NCBI RefSeq assembly: GCF_009914755.1
Contig: NC_060929.1
From: the human T2T-CHM13v2.0 reference genome, Homo sapiens
Strand: one strand, 5' to 3'
Length of the DNA stretch: 64,000 bases
The translations under genes were made by a program, and so were the position numbers. The notes below the pieces were generated by a model. That model was given only the letters and a program-made list of their open reading frames with translations. It made no database searches and was not told the DNA's origin. Shown one piece after another: positions 12,757-26,384 of this stretch. The stretch's first letter is position 1; each line of letters starts with the position of its first letter.

Positions 12757-12892
12757 TCAGTTCTCTAGTTGGTTCTGATGGCAGAACCTGGATACCTCAG
12801 TTGCCAGTTCAGGATTCGCATGCTGTTATGGTTGTTTTTGATGAGTGCCTCCACTTACCACTGCTTCTTGTTGGTCATCTTGGCCCCGACCC
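12757..12892 (-). mobile_element. L1PA8-type 5' terminus
   Basis: The reverse complement reads GGGGCCAAGATGACCAACAAGAAGCAG...CATAACAGCATGCGAATCCTG...GAGGTATCCAGGTTCTG. Confidence 0.85.
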
Positions 12893-13650
12893 CATTTATT
12901 TTCTTTTAGCTTATTAAAAATGTCATTCCATCATCTTATTGTTTCTATTATTTTAGTTAAATAAAAATCTTTTGGTTTTATTTTAATGATTTAAAACTGA
13001 TGTCTATATTCTGTCTCCATTTAAGATTGTTTTTTTCTTGTTCTCAAACTTTGACTATAATATGCTTGGGTGTGTTTCCCTTGTATTTATCCTCTGTGGG
13101 ATTTGTTGAGTTTCTTGAAACTGTGGGTTGATGTTTTGGGGTTTTTATAATTAGCTGTAGAAAATTCTCAACCATTTGACTTCAAGTATCATTTGTATCT
13201 CATTTTCTTTCCCCTCTGCAACTCCAATTACATGTATGTTGTACATTTTCCATATATTTCTTATGCAACTTTCTATTTTTCAAACATATTTTCTATTTGT
13301 GTGCTTTAGTCTGGTTTTTCCATCCTACATTCTCATTCACCAATAATATCTGTTTAATATTTTTCAGTTTTGTAATATTTGATTTTTAAAAACTGAGTAC
13401 AGATTTCTGTTGAAACTCTCCATGTTGTCACCTATTTTCTTGCACACATGAGTCATAATTTTCTTCAAATCTGTGTCTGATATTTCAAATATCAGCATTA
13501 TTTGTAGACAGGTGTTTGTTGTTTTTTGTCTTTGTTACTTTTCTTGTCATTCCTGGTAATTTTTGATTAAATATTTGTGGGAAAAATTGTAGAGGTTCTG
13601 GATGATGTTATAGTCTTCAAGAGATTTGTTTACCCTCTCCTCTGGCTGTT
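12893..13650 (-). mobile_element. Ancient L1M ORF1 region
   Basis: Minus-strand translation includes WNDIFNKLKENK. T-rich decayed L1 texture. Probably extends as 5' region to about 14590. Confidence 0.7.
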
Positions 13651-14493
13651 AGCTAGAGTTGAGCATATACACCCAAAACAATTGAGGAGAGAGAATTTTT
13701 AAAAGACCAGTGTAAAGATCAATAATCCTATGGTGTAGGTCTCCAGGCGTTCCAACTGAGAACCTGGAGTGATTATTATGACTCTTTCTCCTTAGCGGAT
13801 CCTGAACTCCAATTTGTATTACTCAGTATCACTGAAACGCTGAAATGTCTGTCCTGTTTAATACTCACAGAATTCTTATTCCTAAATGGCAAAAATTGTT
13901 TGGTACTCAGTGACTCCTTTCTTCTTTAGATGTGGCATACACTTTCTAGCTCACTACAGATCCCACCACTCAATATTGTTTTGTACCCAACTCGCCTTAT
14001 TCATTTTCATCACCCATACTTGTCTATAGTCATTTGATTTCTACATCCTCAAATCAAGTAGGACAATAGGATATTCTCTGTTCTTCAGACTGAGGCAATA
14101 AAATGGATTTATGTTAGGCATAAAGTGAGGCACAGCTTAAGAATTTGCAAATGCTTCCATGGGAATCCTACCGAGTTTTAGGCTGTATCTTTCCCCTCTC
14201 TTCTCCCAGGAATATTTATCCCTCTCATACTAGCAATGTTGGCAGCCTCAAACTTCAATTTTGTCTCTATAGTCCTGTGGAATTGCCAAAACACTCTGCT
14301 GACTTTTCTACCTTTTTATAGCTGCCTCTTGACTATTGGCTTCTTAGCCTCTCCTCTTCTGCTAAAAATGGACAAATTCTCCCAGTAGAAAAGTGGTATT
14401 CAGTATGTGCAACTCATCCTAATGAGCTTCACTTTTCTAAGATACTGGCCTCCCATATCTTGTTGCAAAGTCATTTTTACTGTCTCCACACAG

Positions 14494-14495
<2 letters not shown>

Positions 14496-14535
<40 letters not shown>
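14496..14535. repeat. (TG)n microsatellite
   Basis: About 20 units. Confidence 0.98.
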
Positions 14536-14536
<1 letters not shown>

Positions 14537-15134
14537 TTTGCCTTTTTAGTTGCTGTCAGTGAGAAATGCTACTCTATCATAGCTTGAAGCCAAAGAACTT
14601 TTACCTGCATATTATTTTAGACATTAGTTCATTGTATATAAAAGTTCAGATTTTTTCCTCCTGAAAAATAACAAACTATGGCAACATAAGATTCTTATTT
14701 CATTCCACCAGGCATGCATTTTCCAAGACACACAATCATCACCCCTCTGTATTGTCTTTCACTCTTCTAGCTTCACTTATTTCCATCACCTTCATGCCCC
14801 TCTGTAATAATTTTATTTTGCATATCTTGAAGTGTATTAAGAGAATAGTATGTTCTCTGCCTATCAAGCTTCAAAGGAGGAAAGGAACTTCAGTGGCCAT
14901 AAAAGGGATTTTTCTTAGACATAAAGAATTTCTACATTGTAGGTACCATACAGTATAGGCAAGGTATTTCTAGAATATGTTACAAATAGACTAGACGCTC
15001 CATCCCTACAGTGTAGATGGGACTATGTTAGGTGGACTTGGTGACTGTAGCTTCGTTAACCTCTGGCATAATGCTTAAAAAAAAGAATATGTAATAATTA
15101 TTCAGGGATTTGGTATAAATGTCCATCATCCTTT

Positions 15135-16135
15135 CAATCATTCATTTAGTCATTGTTTATTGCATATGCTGGCCTAGTTTTTAGGCACTCAGAATCAATG
15201 TAAGCTTTGGTTTTGTTAGGATAATAAAGATAATAAATGAATAAAGAAATAAACAAATATGATAACTTAAGATAATCTTAAGTACATATGATAAGCAGAA
15301 TAATGGCTCTAAAAGATATCCACATTCTAATGTGTAGGATCCGTAGATATGTTACTTTACATGACAAAGGGGACTTTGCAGATGTCACTAAGGTTTAGAA
15401 TTTTAAAATGGGGAGATTATCTTGCATTAACCTGAATCTGAGTCTTTAAAACTGAGAATCTTTCTTGGCTGCAGTCAGAGGTAGATATAACTATAAAATA
15501 AAGGATCAGAGAGATGCAGCATTGTTGGCTTTTAATACAGAGAAAAGGGTCTGGGAGCCAAGGTTTGTGGATGGCTTTGAAGAACTAGTCAAGACAGAAA
15601 AATGGCTTATTACCCAAAGCCTCTAGAAAGAAATGAAGGCTTGCTAACATCTTAATCTTAACCATAGTAAGACACTTGGACTTTTGAACTACAGAATTGT
15701 AAGATAATCCAGTTGTATTGTCTTAATCTACTAGGTATGTGGCAATTTGTTACAGCACCAACAGAAAACTAATAAAATATTATAAAGAGCATAATATAGG
15801 ATAGTGACATAGAAAATGGTGGTGTTGGTGAGATGTCAGCACTAGCTAGGGTGATGATAGAAAACTTCCCAACAAGGAAACATGACAAGTAAGTCAGGAG
15901 ACAATATAGGGAATCTTTGCCACTTGGGGACTGGAAAAAATATCAGTGTAACTAGAGGCTAATTGAAGAGTGAAATGTATGTGTTTGGGGTGGGCATAGA
16001 GACTAGATGATTGGAGAGATGATGGAGGGAGAAGCAAGCAGGTGCCAGATTGTGTAGGTCCCAGTAAAGTATTTGAATTTTGTTCTCATTTTGTTTAGAG
16101 GGTTTTTAGCAGGAGAATAATATAATTTTATTGGC
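15135..16135 (-). mobile_element. L2 3' region, split by MLT1D
   Basis: Starts CAATCATTCATTT...TTTATTG, the reverse of the L2 3' end. L2 motifs resume after 15776. Confidence 0.6.
15287..15776 (+). mobile_element. MLT1D MaLR solo LTR
   Basis: GCAGAATAATGG...AAAGATATCCACATTCTAAT; GGGACTTTGCAGATGT; terminal TTTGTTACAGCA..AGAAAACTAATA. Confidence 0.85.
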
Positions 16136-16136
16136 C

Positions 16137-16265
16137 TTCTAGGCCCCATCTGCAGAGAATCTGATTTACTCAGCTTACAAAGGGATCTGAGTATCTGCAT
16201 TTGTGTAAGCATCCCTGCTATTTCTGATGCAGGTGATCTTTGGATCACCTTGTGACAAATGCTGC
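16137..16265. mobile_element. MER5-like MITE fragment
   Basis: GGCCCCA...TCTGATT...ATCTGCATTT...TTCTGATGCAGGTG. Confidence 0.65.
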
Positions 16266-16659
16266 TTCAATTTCTATATATCTTTTGGGATTCCGCCCCT
16301 CCTCCCCCTACCCCGGCTCATATAGATGTATTTCCTGTTCCTGCCCTGATGCTTTTTCTTCCTTGCAGACACTTTCCAAAAATATACCATAATCTTGAGA
16401 GCATGGAACATTTTTTAGGTTCCTTCCATCTTGCTCATGGAGCCTAGCATGATTCAGGGCACACAAGACAACTCTGTATGCATTTATTTAGTTGAATTGA
16501 GCAATGTTTGCATAATGTCACAATTCTAGATCACCTCTTTTTCAGTTAGAATATATATATTTTAATATGCACTTTTAATGATACTTATACTGTGGAAATA
16601 ATACTACTGTGGAAATTCTACTTTTTCTCTTGCTTTCACTGCATCCTTTAGGACTATGC

Positions 16660-17769
16660 AACATAGGCAATACCATTCAGGCCATAGGCATGGGCCAAGA
16701 CTTCATGTCTAAAACACCAAAAGCAATGGCAACAAAAGCCAAAATTGACAAATGGGATCTAATTAAACTAAAGAACTTCTGCACGGCAAAAGAAACTACC
16801 ATCAGAGTGAACAGACAACCTACAGAATGGGAAAAAATTTTTGCAATCTGCTCATCTGACAAAGGGCTAATATCCAGAATCTACAAAGAACCCAAACAAA
16901 TTTACAAGAAAAAAACAAGCAACCCTATCAAAAAGTGGGTGAAGGATATGAACAGACACTTATCAAAAGAAGACATTTATGCAGCCAACAGACACATGAA
17001 AAAATGCTCATCATCACTGGCCATCAGAGAAATGCAAATCAAGACCACAATGAGATATCATCTCACACCAGTTAGAATGGCAATCATTAAAAAGTCAGGA
17101 AACAACAGGTACTGGAGAGGATGTGGAGAAATAGGAACACTTTTACACTGTTGGTGGGACTGTAAACTAGTTCAACCACTGTGGAAGACAGTGTGGTGAT
17201 TCCTCAAGGATCTAGAACTAGAAATACCATTTGACCCAGCCATCCCATTACTGGTTATATATCCAAAGGATTATAAATCATGCTGCCATAAAGACATGCA
17301 CACATATGTTTATTGTGGCACTATTCACAATAGCAAAGACTTGGAACCAACCCAAATGTCCATCAATGATAGACTGGATTAAGAAAATGTGGCACATATA
17401 CACCATGGAATACTTTGCAGCCATAAAAATGGATGAGTTCATGTCCTTTGTAGGGACGTAGATGAAGCTGGAAACCATCATTCTCAGCAAACTATGGCAA
17501 GGAAAAAAAACCAAACGCCGCATGTTTTCACTCATAGTTGGGAATTGAAAAATGAGAACACTTGGACACAGGAAAGGGAACATCACACATCAGGGCCTGT
17601 TGTGGGGCGGGGGGAGGGGGGAGGGATAGCATTAGGAGATATACCTAATGTAAATGACAAGTTAATGGGTGCAGCATACCAACATGGCACATGTATACAT
17701 ATGTAACAAACCTGCACGTTGTGCACATGTACCCTAGAACTTAAAGTATAATAATAAAAGAAAATAAAA
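16660..17769 (+). mobile_element. 5'-truncated L1PA4/5
   Basis: The 196-aa ORF is a near-consensus ORF2p C-terminus ([13 protein letters not shown]...[17 protein letters not shown]). G-rich 3' UTR and A-tail. Confidence 0.97.
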
Positions 17770-18829
17770 TTGCTCTTTATTAAGGGAATAGGCTGATATC
17801 TTTGTTTCAAGAAGCAATAGATTGTTTCTTTTGTGATGGGGTGGGATATGAGGAATATAAAAGTGGAGAGGTTGGGCTAGGGAAAGGATGCATCTCTAAA
17901 ATGGTCCAAACCTATACATTGGATTCAGAAAAATAGACCATGACTTGGAACACCATGGAGTTTGGAGATGGCTTTACAAACCACCACGATCTTAGGCCTT
18001 TTCTTCCGTGTATACAGCCATCACACTTGATTTGACCTTCTTACTTCTTTAAAGATAACCCCACAGAGCTCTCGGTCATGCTTATTTGTGAAAGCAATTC
18101 TTTATCACTCTCCATAGACACCGAAGTCAAGTAGGGAGCGTGGAGAGGAGTCCCTCATTTAAAAAAGGAAACCAACTTTATCTGTCTTAATTTGCTTCAT
18201 CTAGCATGATTGAAAGCCTGCAATATTTTTTAAATTGGTAATCTTTCTTTCCTCATAACTATGTTTATTTGTGGGGACTGATGATTGCCATGCATACTTT
18301 CTGTTTAAAGAGATGCCTGTTTTAGAGGTTTCAAAACCGTCTTTGATCTTAGGCAGAACTGAGCAGCTATATGTGGAATTATTTTTTGAGTTTTCATATA
18401 ATTTTTTCTTTCATCTCTGACTTTGGTTAAGGATTGCGCTTGCATTTTTCACAGAAGAATTATCTTTAATTGACAGCATTAAATAGATATGAGTGAATAT
18501 TCTTATATAATTTTCCTGAGGCTATGTCTACAAGGAGAACTGATATAATTGTCTTGGTAATCCAGGCTCCTGGACCCTTTCTGTTTTGTACTGGTGTGAC
18601 CTGAATGTTCTGTGTCCTCTTCTGTCCATGATGGCAACTGTATGCATGCACTATTTAGAACACAACAGTGTGTCTCTTCAGAAGCCTACCCATCAACTCC
18701 TGTCCCTGAGTACATGAAGGACATGAAAATGAGAAAGAAAACTAATACCAAATTAGACCCAAAGTCCAGTTATCCATAGATTGTACTTTATGCTTTCTAA
18801 TTTATACTCTTTATTACAAGGATTTTTCA

Positions 18830-19350
18830 AAAATATAGATCTGATATTGGCAGTTGCAAGCTCAAAATCTTCAATGGTTTCCTTTGCCTGTGGAAGAAAA
18901 TATAAATTTCTTGCCTTTAAATAGGGCAATCTCTTAATTCATTATCAAAACTGTGGCATTTGGATAGTACAAGGAATGCTATGAATGACAATATTTGGTG
19001 ACAGAATTAAATCCATACTGCTCTGGGCAAATGAGACAAAGCACCTTCAAACACATTCTCTGTCTCTCTCAGTCACTATGCTCCAATCACCATAAAAGTG
19101 CTAAGCTTTCCCACCTCATGGCCCTTGCTCTTACTATCTATGTTCCCTAAAATATCTTTTGTGTAGCTGCTTGCTTGGCTGGCTCCTCATCCATTAGGTC
19201 TCAGCTAAAAAATTTCTGACCATCATTCTGATGACTTACACTCACTTTATAATGCTATATCATGGGCTACTGTTTATTTTTCTGATAGCAATTATTATAA
19301 TCAGAAACTCTATTTTTTGCCTATCTGCTAACTTTTCAGTCAACCAGCTC
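18830..19350 (+). mobile_element. L2 fragments
   Basis: CTCAAAATCTTCAATGGTTTCC; CCCACCTCATGGCCCTTGC; TTAGGTCTCAGCT. Confidence 0.55.
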
Positions 19351-21519
19351 TCCCTCATATTCAGTCCATATGGAAGGCACATATCTTCATACCCTCTTTT
19401 GTTGCTTTTTAGGGTTTCAGTTACACAATGAGGCTGTCTTTTCTTGTCTCAATTCTAACTGCCAGAGGGGTACTTAATTGCCTCAGCTTGGTTCAGGTGA
19501 TCTGCTCTGGTGCAGTCAAGCATGGTAGGGCCATTGTTCAAGGTATATAAGGATCCATACCAAGAGCCCACGTTTTTGGATGGGGAAATTAAGAAGGCAT
19601 GGGGGAAGTCATGTACTCTAAAAGGTGTCTTAACACATCCCCAGATGGTTTCCTTTCTTTCTTTATGTCTGTGGTTTGCCGGGGTAGGATTCTGGTGCTG
19701 TGCTCCCATTTTTTGTTTGCTCTTTTAGTTTCTGGCTGTATCTAGTTACATATTACATTCAATTCTTCTAAATGGACCAATTTGGAATTGTTTTCTCAGT
19801 GATTTATCCAGTTTTACTGAATTGAATGGTTGTTTTGGCATTTTTCATAACAAACTGATTTCAACCTAATGAATCATTTGTTTGATCAAAACATGTGCAC
19901 TGTATCAATATTCTGAACTTGACCCCTACCATTAGACCAAGGGGTTTATTTTGACATTAGCCATTTTTCTTTGGAAATTGGAGGGTTTTCTCTTTGTTGA
20001 TTGTGTGTGATTATTTTATCTGCATAGGCAGATTAAAATCAGATGCATATTATGATTCTACTGTTTCTACAGCTCAATCTATCAGTTTTCTCCCCTTTTG
20101 CACAAAACACTAATTAAACATGAATGTCCTGCTCAGAGTTAGGAGGCTCAAGTTCTAGGTTGAGTCCTGTCACTAACAGTGTTGTAGTGGGACAGTGGTT
20201 AGCCTATCAAATTGTTCCTTATCTTTGAAATGATAGAATTGATTAAGATTATTTCTAAGTTGCCTTCCTGCCCTAAAATTTTGAGATGCTGTGACTGCCT
20301 GAGAAGGGATAATTACACTTTTCAGCTAGTAATTAGTTTTGAAAAAGCCTTTGGATAAACTGCTTCTAAGATAAACTCTTTACGGGAAGTTTGAGTGTGT
20401 GTGTATATAGTCAGTGGTGTTACTATATTTTAAAGAATTAAACATCCTAAGAGAAGTGACTCAGTCCTAAAGTAGATGAGTTTTTCAGAATCAGTTTTCT
20501 CTATTAAAAGAATTCACTGACATTTTGCTCACATTTTGTCTGGGGTGAAAACAAAGAGACAAAGTGGCTGAAACGCCTGTTGACCTGGTTCGTGTTCAGA
20601 AAACTCAATTAGATGACAGGGCCAAGAGACTGGCCAAAGTAAGGTCATTATTTCTTACAGCAGATTAATAAGAACGAATTAGAGAAAGCTTTCTACTGTA
20701 AAAAGTCCTACTTGTGCTCTGTATTGAACATATGGCTCAATACAGAATAAGAAGTTGAAACAGTCATTGGATAACAAAGGCCAGAAACTACTCATGATGC
20801 AATCTCAAGGAGAGTGAGGGACACTCTGACCCACTTCCTTCCCACTTGGCATTTCCAGTAATGAGAATGAAGATGCTTTGTCAGTTGCAGAGCGACTTTC
20901 CTATAACCTCTCAAAGAGGGTTCACAACATCTCCTCACCACACACTAATGACATGAGCAATATTGCTCTTGGCACAGTCCCTCCCATGAGGAAGGTGGCC
21001 ATCCAGTCCTTCTTTCTAGAAGACGTTTGACAGCACTTAGCAATTCACAAACGTTTAATAAATATGTCTTGGTGAAACGGTTGCTATTGGGACATCCTGT
21101 GGCAGCTCACTTCATGGATTTCTATGCCTCTAAACCTTATGTGTGTGCTTTAAATGTTGTTTTGGTTGGCTTCAGTTTTCAATTATTTTTACTAATGGAA
21201 GGGAATGGTTAATTTAATATTGAATATTTTTCAAGAATAATCTTGGCATTGGTATAAGTTTTGATAACAGAGATTTTAACAAGAGTTTGCCTGATATTTT
21301 ATAAATTCAGATCAAGACTCATCCTACATAAAAAGATAAACTGTGAAAACTAGAATGTTTCCCTTCAGAGTCTCCTAACTCAGAATTATTTCATTTTTTA
21401 AATTCATTGCTAGAAATAGAGAATCATATCAGACAGAGGACAATTACTGGCCTAAAGCATGGCTAGCTTAACTCTACCATGGTCTTTGTATCTCCCTAGT
21501 CCCATTCACATTTCCATTC

Positions 21520-21860
21520 ACATTAACCCACATTTAGTAAGTATTAAGCCACTATGTATGAGGCATGGAATGTGAAGTGACGCTGTACTCTGCCCTCAAA
21601 GAGCTGACAGTCTAGTGGAGGACACACGCACCTAGGGAAATAATTATAATGCATTATGACAAAGGCTACATATAACTTAGATGCAGAGATAAGGATTCAA
21701 GGTAGAAAGGTCCAGGAGAGTTACAGAGAAAATATAACATTTGAGCTGGGTTAGAAGCTTCAGTAAACAATTTTAATGTGGACAAGGGAAGGGGAGGAGG
21801 GTTTCTAAGATGAAGGAACACGATAAGCATAGCCATGGGGGTGTGCAAGTCAATGACTGG
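21520..21860 (-). mobile_element. L2 fragment
   Basis: CTGCCCTCAAAGAGCTGACAGTCTAGTGG; CATTTGAGCTGGG. Confidence 0.65.
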
Positions 21861-22289
21861 TTAAATGATGGAGACTAAAAATCTTTAAAAACAACAAAAA
21901 ACAAAAACAGAGACTAATTGGATGTGAATTAAACCAAGAGGTGAACTGTGAACAGGATGCAAAATGTTGAAAATCTGTAAACAGCTGAGTAAATCTCAGT
22001 CAGTCCTGCCTATTCTTCTGGGACATCTTGACTGTAAACTTAGCAAAGACCAAAGGTCTGTACACAGCTGGAATTCTGCTTGTGGCAGAGCATGTCTGCA
22101 TACTTAAGGGTGCACTTGGACTATGGGCAGCTAGCACTGTACTTGTTTAGGCCATGTTGTAGGGGGTCTAGAAATTTCAAACAAAATTCCTTTCCAGTAG
22201 CCTGAGACAGAAGATGCCTAACAAACATGGCATTTACCATTCTTTGTTGAGTGCTTGCTAATATAGAGAGCTCTGTGATGAGTGTTATA

Positions 22290-22490
22290 GAGGATTCTGC
22301 TTCAATAACTTACTGGATCTATGACCCAGAGAGAGTTATTTAATTTCCCTAGGCTTCTGTTTCCTCATCTGTAAAATGGGGTCAATCATACCAACCTCAT
22401 GGAATTATTATGAGCATAAAATAAGTTAACATATGTCCATAGGACAATGCCTAGAATCGAACGGTCCTCAGTAAGTGGTCATTTTTATTC
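22290..22490 (+). mobile_element. MIR
   Basis: Core TTTCCTCATCTGTAAAATGGGG...CCTCAT. Confidence 0.85.
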
Positions 22491-22929
22491 CGTACTATTA
22501 TATATTATTATTATTTATACCATTTTCATTTTAGACATTGTACAAGACCTATCTATGAAGAACATGTAGACTAGTTCAAGAGGCAAAACATAGGTACATA
22601 AGAGAGAGCTAATAACTAAAGGCAATAGATAAGTGTGGATGAGACCTACGAACATTAAATGCTACAGATATTCTAAAAACAGAGAGACTTAGGATCCCAG
22701 AGACTGAGGGGTCCCTGGAGGACATCCATGGAGAAGAAGGAGTGAGAGGTAAAGCTGAAAATGAGACTGCAACACAGAATTTCAAGAAGGTCTTCCCTTC
22801 TTGAAAGAAAATAATATCACTCCTTCACTTCACAGGCTTTGAAGTTGTGATCACCTTATTCATGTGAGGCTGTGGCTATTAAGTCACACAACATTACTAT
22901 GTTCCCTCCCCACACACATATAAAGCCTG

Positions 22930-23310
22930 GTTTTAAAAGCAATGCATGTTGATTTTAACAAACAAATAAAATGCAGAAAAACATAAAGAAGAGAATAAAA
23001 AAGTATTCATCATATACTCTCTAAAGAAAACTTGTATTAATATTTTTGTGTATATAATACCAGATTTCATGAATTATATATATATTATATATGTTAGCAC
23101 ATATAATATCTTTTAAAACAAAGTTAGAATTATGTATAAATACATTTTATACTCTCTTTTCTAGTTAAGTAGTGTAGATATCTTTCTTTGTCAATAAGTA
23201 TGTACAACATCATTTATAGTGGTTGCTTCATACTCTCTTACCATATTCCACGAACTATGGTAAATTTAACCATTTTAGGAAGGATATTTAATTTGTTTCA
23301 ATTTTTAAAA
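22930..23310 (-). mobile_element. L1ME 3' fragment
   Basis: AT-rich sequence with L1ME3/4-like motifs (AAAATGCAGAAAA..ATAAAGAAGA; TTGTTTCAATTTTT). Confidence 0.5.
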
Positions 23311-23321
23311 CTTGTATATCA

Positions 23322-24130
23322 GGTGCTCTGTGTTTTTGGTTCAACATGTGAGAAGCTTGGAAGTCACCACTTTGCCCTAACACGAAGTAAAAAGCTGATC
23401 AAAGTGAAAATTCAGCCCTTCTTCGATCCTTAAGAGAAGTGAGGTTACAGGGCAAACCACTGTCCCCAAAATCAAAGACACTGATAGGTGAATACAGAGA
23501 ATGACAATTTACCAGAGCCGGAACCCAAGAGCAGAAACCCCTTTGGGAACCAATGCCAAGGCAGGGAAACCTGAACTGTAATTGAAAAATTGCTTGAGGC
23601 TCAGTGTGAACAAGACTAAGTGCTAAAAACTCCAAGGAGACCCAATCATCAGAGGAGAGGGGGCACGCTTTCATGAGCTTTGTCTCTTAGAGTTCCACAA
23701 AGTCCTCACAGTGAATATCAGAGAAAAATCCTCTTGTGCTTTTGGTAGTGGGAGGGGAAAAGGAACCATTTGAGATATATCGAATATTCTTTTCTTCTTC
23801 TCAAGTTTTGCAGTCAGGAAAAATATTTAACCAGTGCCTAACCTGCTGGGGTTTTATGAGAGCTTAACTGACCTAGGGGAAAGAGATTCCCAACTCCAGC
23901 CCCTTCTATCCTTCCATGTGGGAGAAAGGGAATACTCAACACCAGCACACTCTAGCCATCCCATCTCACGTAAAGAGAGGGCAAAACATTGAGAAGCACT
24001 TACAGAGTTCATAGTACAAAGGCACAGTTCCACTAAAAGACAAGACCTAATTACAGGACTGTAGTAAGCTTCCCCTCCGCCCACAACTTACCACCACATT
24101 ACTAAAGGCCTATTGCAGCAGTTCTTTCAT
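23322..24130 (+). mobile_element. L1M (L1MC-like) 5' region
   Basis: AGCTTGGAAGTCACCACT...AAAAAGCTGA...GAGAAGTGAGGTTACAGGGCAAACCAC. Confidence 0.7.
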
Positions 24131-25010
24131 TTCTAATTTTCTTTGAGTTTTTCTCTTTTTTAGTTATTCTAGCCAAAGATTTGCCAATTTCGTCTTTTTT
24201 TTAAAAAAAAAAGTAACCTCAGTTTTGTTGATTTTCTTTTACTGTTTTTCTCTTCTCTATTGGGTTAATATTTGCTTTAATCTTTGCTATGTCCTTCCAT
24301 TTCTATCTTTGTACTTAGTTTATTCTTTTTCTGGTTTCTTAAGATATAAAGCTCTGATGATTATTTGAGATTTTTTTTTCTTTTAATGCAGACATTTACC
24401 CCTATAAACTTCTCTCTTAGCACTGTTTTTGCTGTATTCCATAGGTATTGATGTGTTTTTACTTTCATTTGTCTCAATATTTTCTAATTATCCTTTTGAT
24501 TTATTCTTTGACCCATTGGTTGTTTAGGAGTATCTTGTTTACTTAAACATATTTGTGAATTTTCAAATTTATTTTGCTATTGATTTTTAGTTTCATTTTA
24601 TTAAAAAGATAATAGGTATTATGTCAGTATTCTTATATTTAAGTCCTGCTTTGTGGCCTAACATGTGGTCTATAAATGTGTGTTTGAGAAAAATGTATGT
24701 TCTGCTGCTGTTGGGTAGAAATTCTGCACATTAGATGGATATTTTGTCTTCTGTTTCCCTCTCCAGAGAGAAGCCTGGAGCTGGGATTTGTCTCCAGTCA
24801 TGCTGCGTTGAGCTGTAGGTAGAGGCTAGGGTAAGTAGATGCCACAAATTTTTCTACTGGCTTAGAGGCGTTGGTTTTGCACTGAAAGGTGGGGGCCTCT
24901 TAATTTTTTTCTAGATTACTCACAAAGGGAATTGATCCTTGTACGGTTGTTGAATAGTGTTTTTGAAGGGGTAGGAGGCTTTCTGTTCTGCCATCTTGCT
25001 GAAGTCACCT
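24131..25010 (-). mobile_element. L1M ORF2 fragment joined at ~24762 to an L1M 5' terminus
   Basis: ORF2 EN-region motifs (CTATAAACTTCTCTCTTAGCACTG; TTGACCCATTGG), and a terminal CTGCCATCTTGCTGAAGTCAC. Confidence 0.7.
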
Positions 25011-25384
25011 TGAGTGTCACCTTAAATCTTTGTTATTGTGGGTACTTAGGACTGGACTTACGTACAACTTATCTTTGTGTCTTATGGCTGCTGCATAGTG
25101 AATGCTCGTCAAATGTTTGATGGATGGATATAAATAGTGATCAAGGTAGGCATAAAATGGCCAGGTACATATTCTTGCACCCATTTCTTACATGGGCTTG
25201 GGTAACGTAAGGGTTGTTTTTAATAAGTACTTAAAAGTGATATTTGTATTTTTATGCTATTTTTTTTCCATGTTCATCCTTGAAAGGAAAAAATAAAGTG
25301 CAGAAATCTCCAGGTTGATTTAGCAAAAGCAACTCAGTGGGACTTACTTTTTCAATACTCATGTCATTTACTTCCTTTTCAGAG

Positions 25385-25570
25385 CTAGGATCACAGGATT
25401 ATTTGACCTGTAACGTAGAGATGATCTAGCCAACTCCTCCCATCATTGATTTTATACATGAGGAGATCAAGGCCTGGGGAGTTTAAGGGTTGTTCGGAAA
25501 TCTAATTGTTAGTTAGAGGAGGAGCAAGCACTAGAACTAAAGCCACTTTGAGTTTTGCTCTTTCTAAGAT
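25385..25570 (-). mobile_element. MIR/MIR3
   Basis: AGAGATGATCTAGCCAAC...TTTTATACATGAGGAGA. Confidence 0.65.
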
Positions 25571-26384
25571 ATCAAACCATGTCTCAGGTCTGGAATAATT
25601 AAGAAGCGTGAGAAATGCCTTAAAATGTTTGAGTACAAAATGCATTTCAAAGGTGAATTTAATATTCAAAGATCATTATTTCAGATCTCCTGCTGTTAGA
25701 GAACAAGGCTGCCTAAAACCCCAGTGTTAACAGATGTCTGCTAAATACTTACTACTAATAATTGAAATAGTAACAGCAGTGCTGCAATTAGTCTGCAGGA
25801 ACATAACACACATACACACAAGCACAGAGTGTGCACACACATTTTTTCTATCATTTTCTTTTGTGAGTATTAATGCATCTGTGTAATACTTACAATTAAC
25901 ATCTGAAAGAAAATTGAAGAAAAAAGGCTCAAAATAGAATATACACTGGGGAGATTAGTTTAAGCTATTTAAAAATCATTTGCTAGACAGTACATTTTGG
26001 TTAGAGATTTAGGGGAAAATATACTTGTGAGAGCAAAGAAATAAAACAAAGATAATTCTAAGCAGGCTGTTTATTTGCACGGAAAGTTCGGATGATGGCT
26101 CTAGCACTAGGGAAAGAAAAAGACATGAAGATGACGTGACCAAGTATTTTCCTCAGTGTTTTCCTCTAATGCTCCTTCACTATTCAGCACAATTGTGGCT
26201 CATCTCTGAGGTTAGATATTTATTAAATCACTTACTCAAAAGCCTTAGTTTATCCATTCATTGACTCAATCATTCATTCATTTGACAAATATTTAAAAGC
26301 TCTGTTATTCTCTACTTACATATAAGGAAGGTAAACACGTGATCTGATCCATTGGAAATTTTATTTTAAAATATAAATAAAAAT

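Noticed and set aside
16609-17199. 196-aa ORF with a hydrophobic, signal-like N-terminus
   Set aside because: It begins at a GTG in flanking DNA and reads into a truncated L1 ORF2 C-terminus. There is no evidence of a promoter or expression.
20800-21025. Possible CR1/L3 remnant
   Set aside because: Only a short motif (GGCCATCCAGTC) is suggestive. It is too diverged to call without a profile search.
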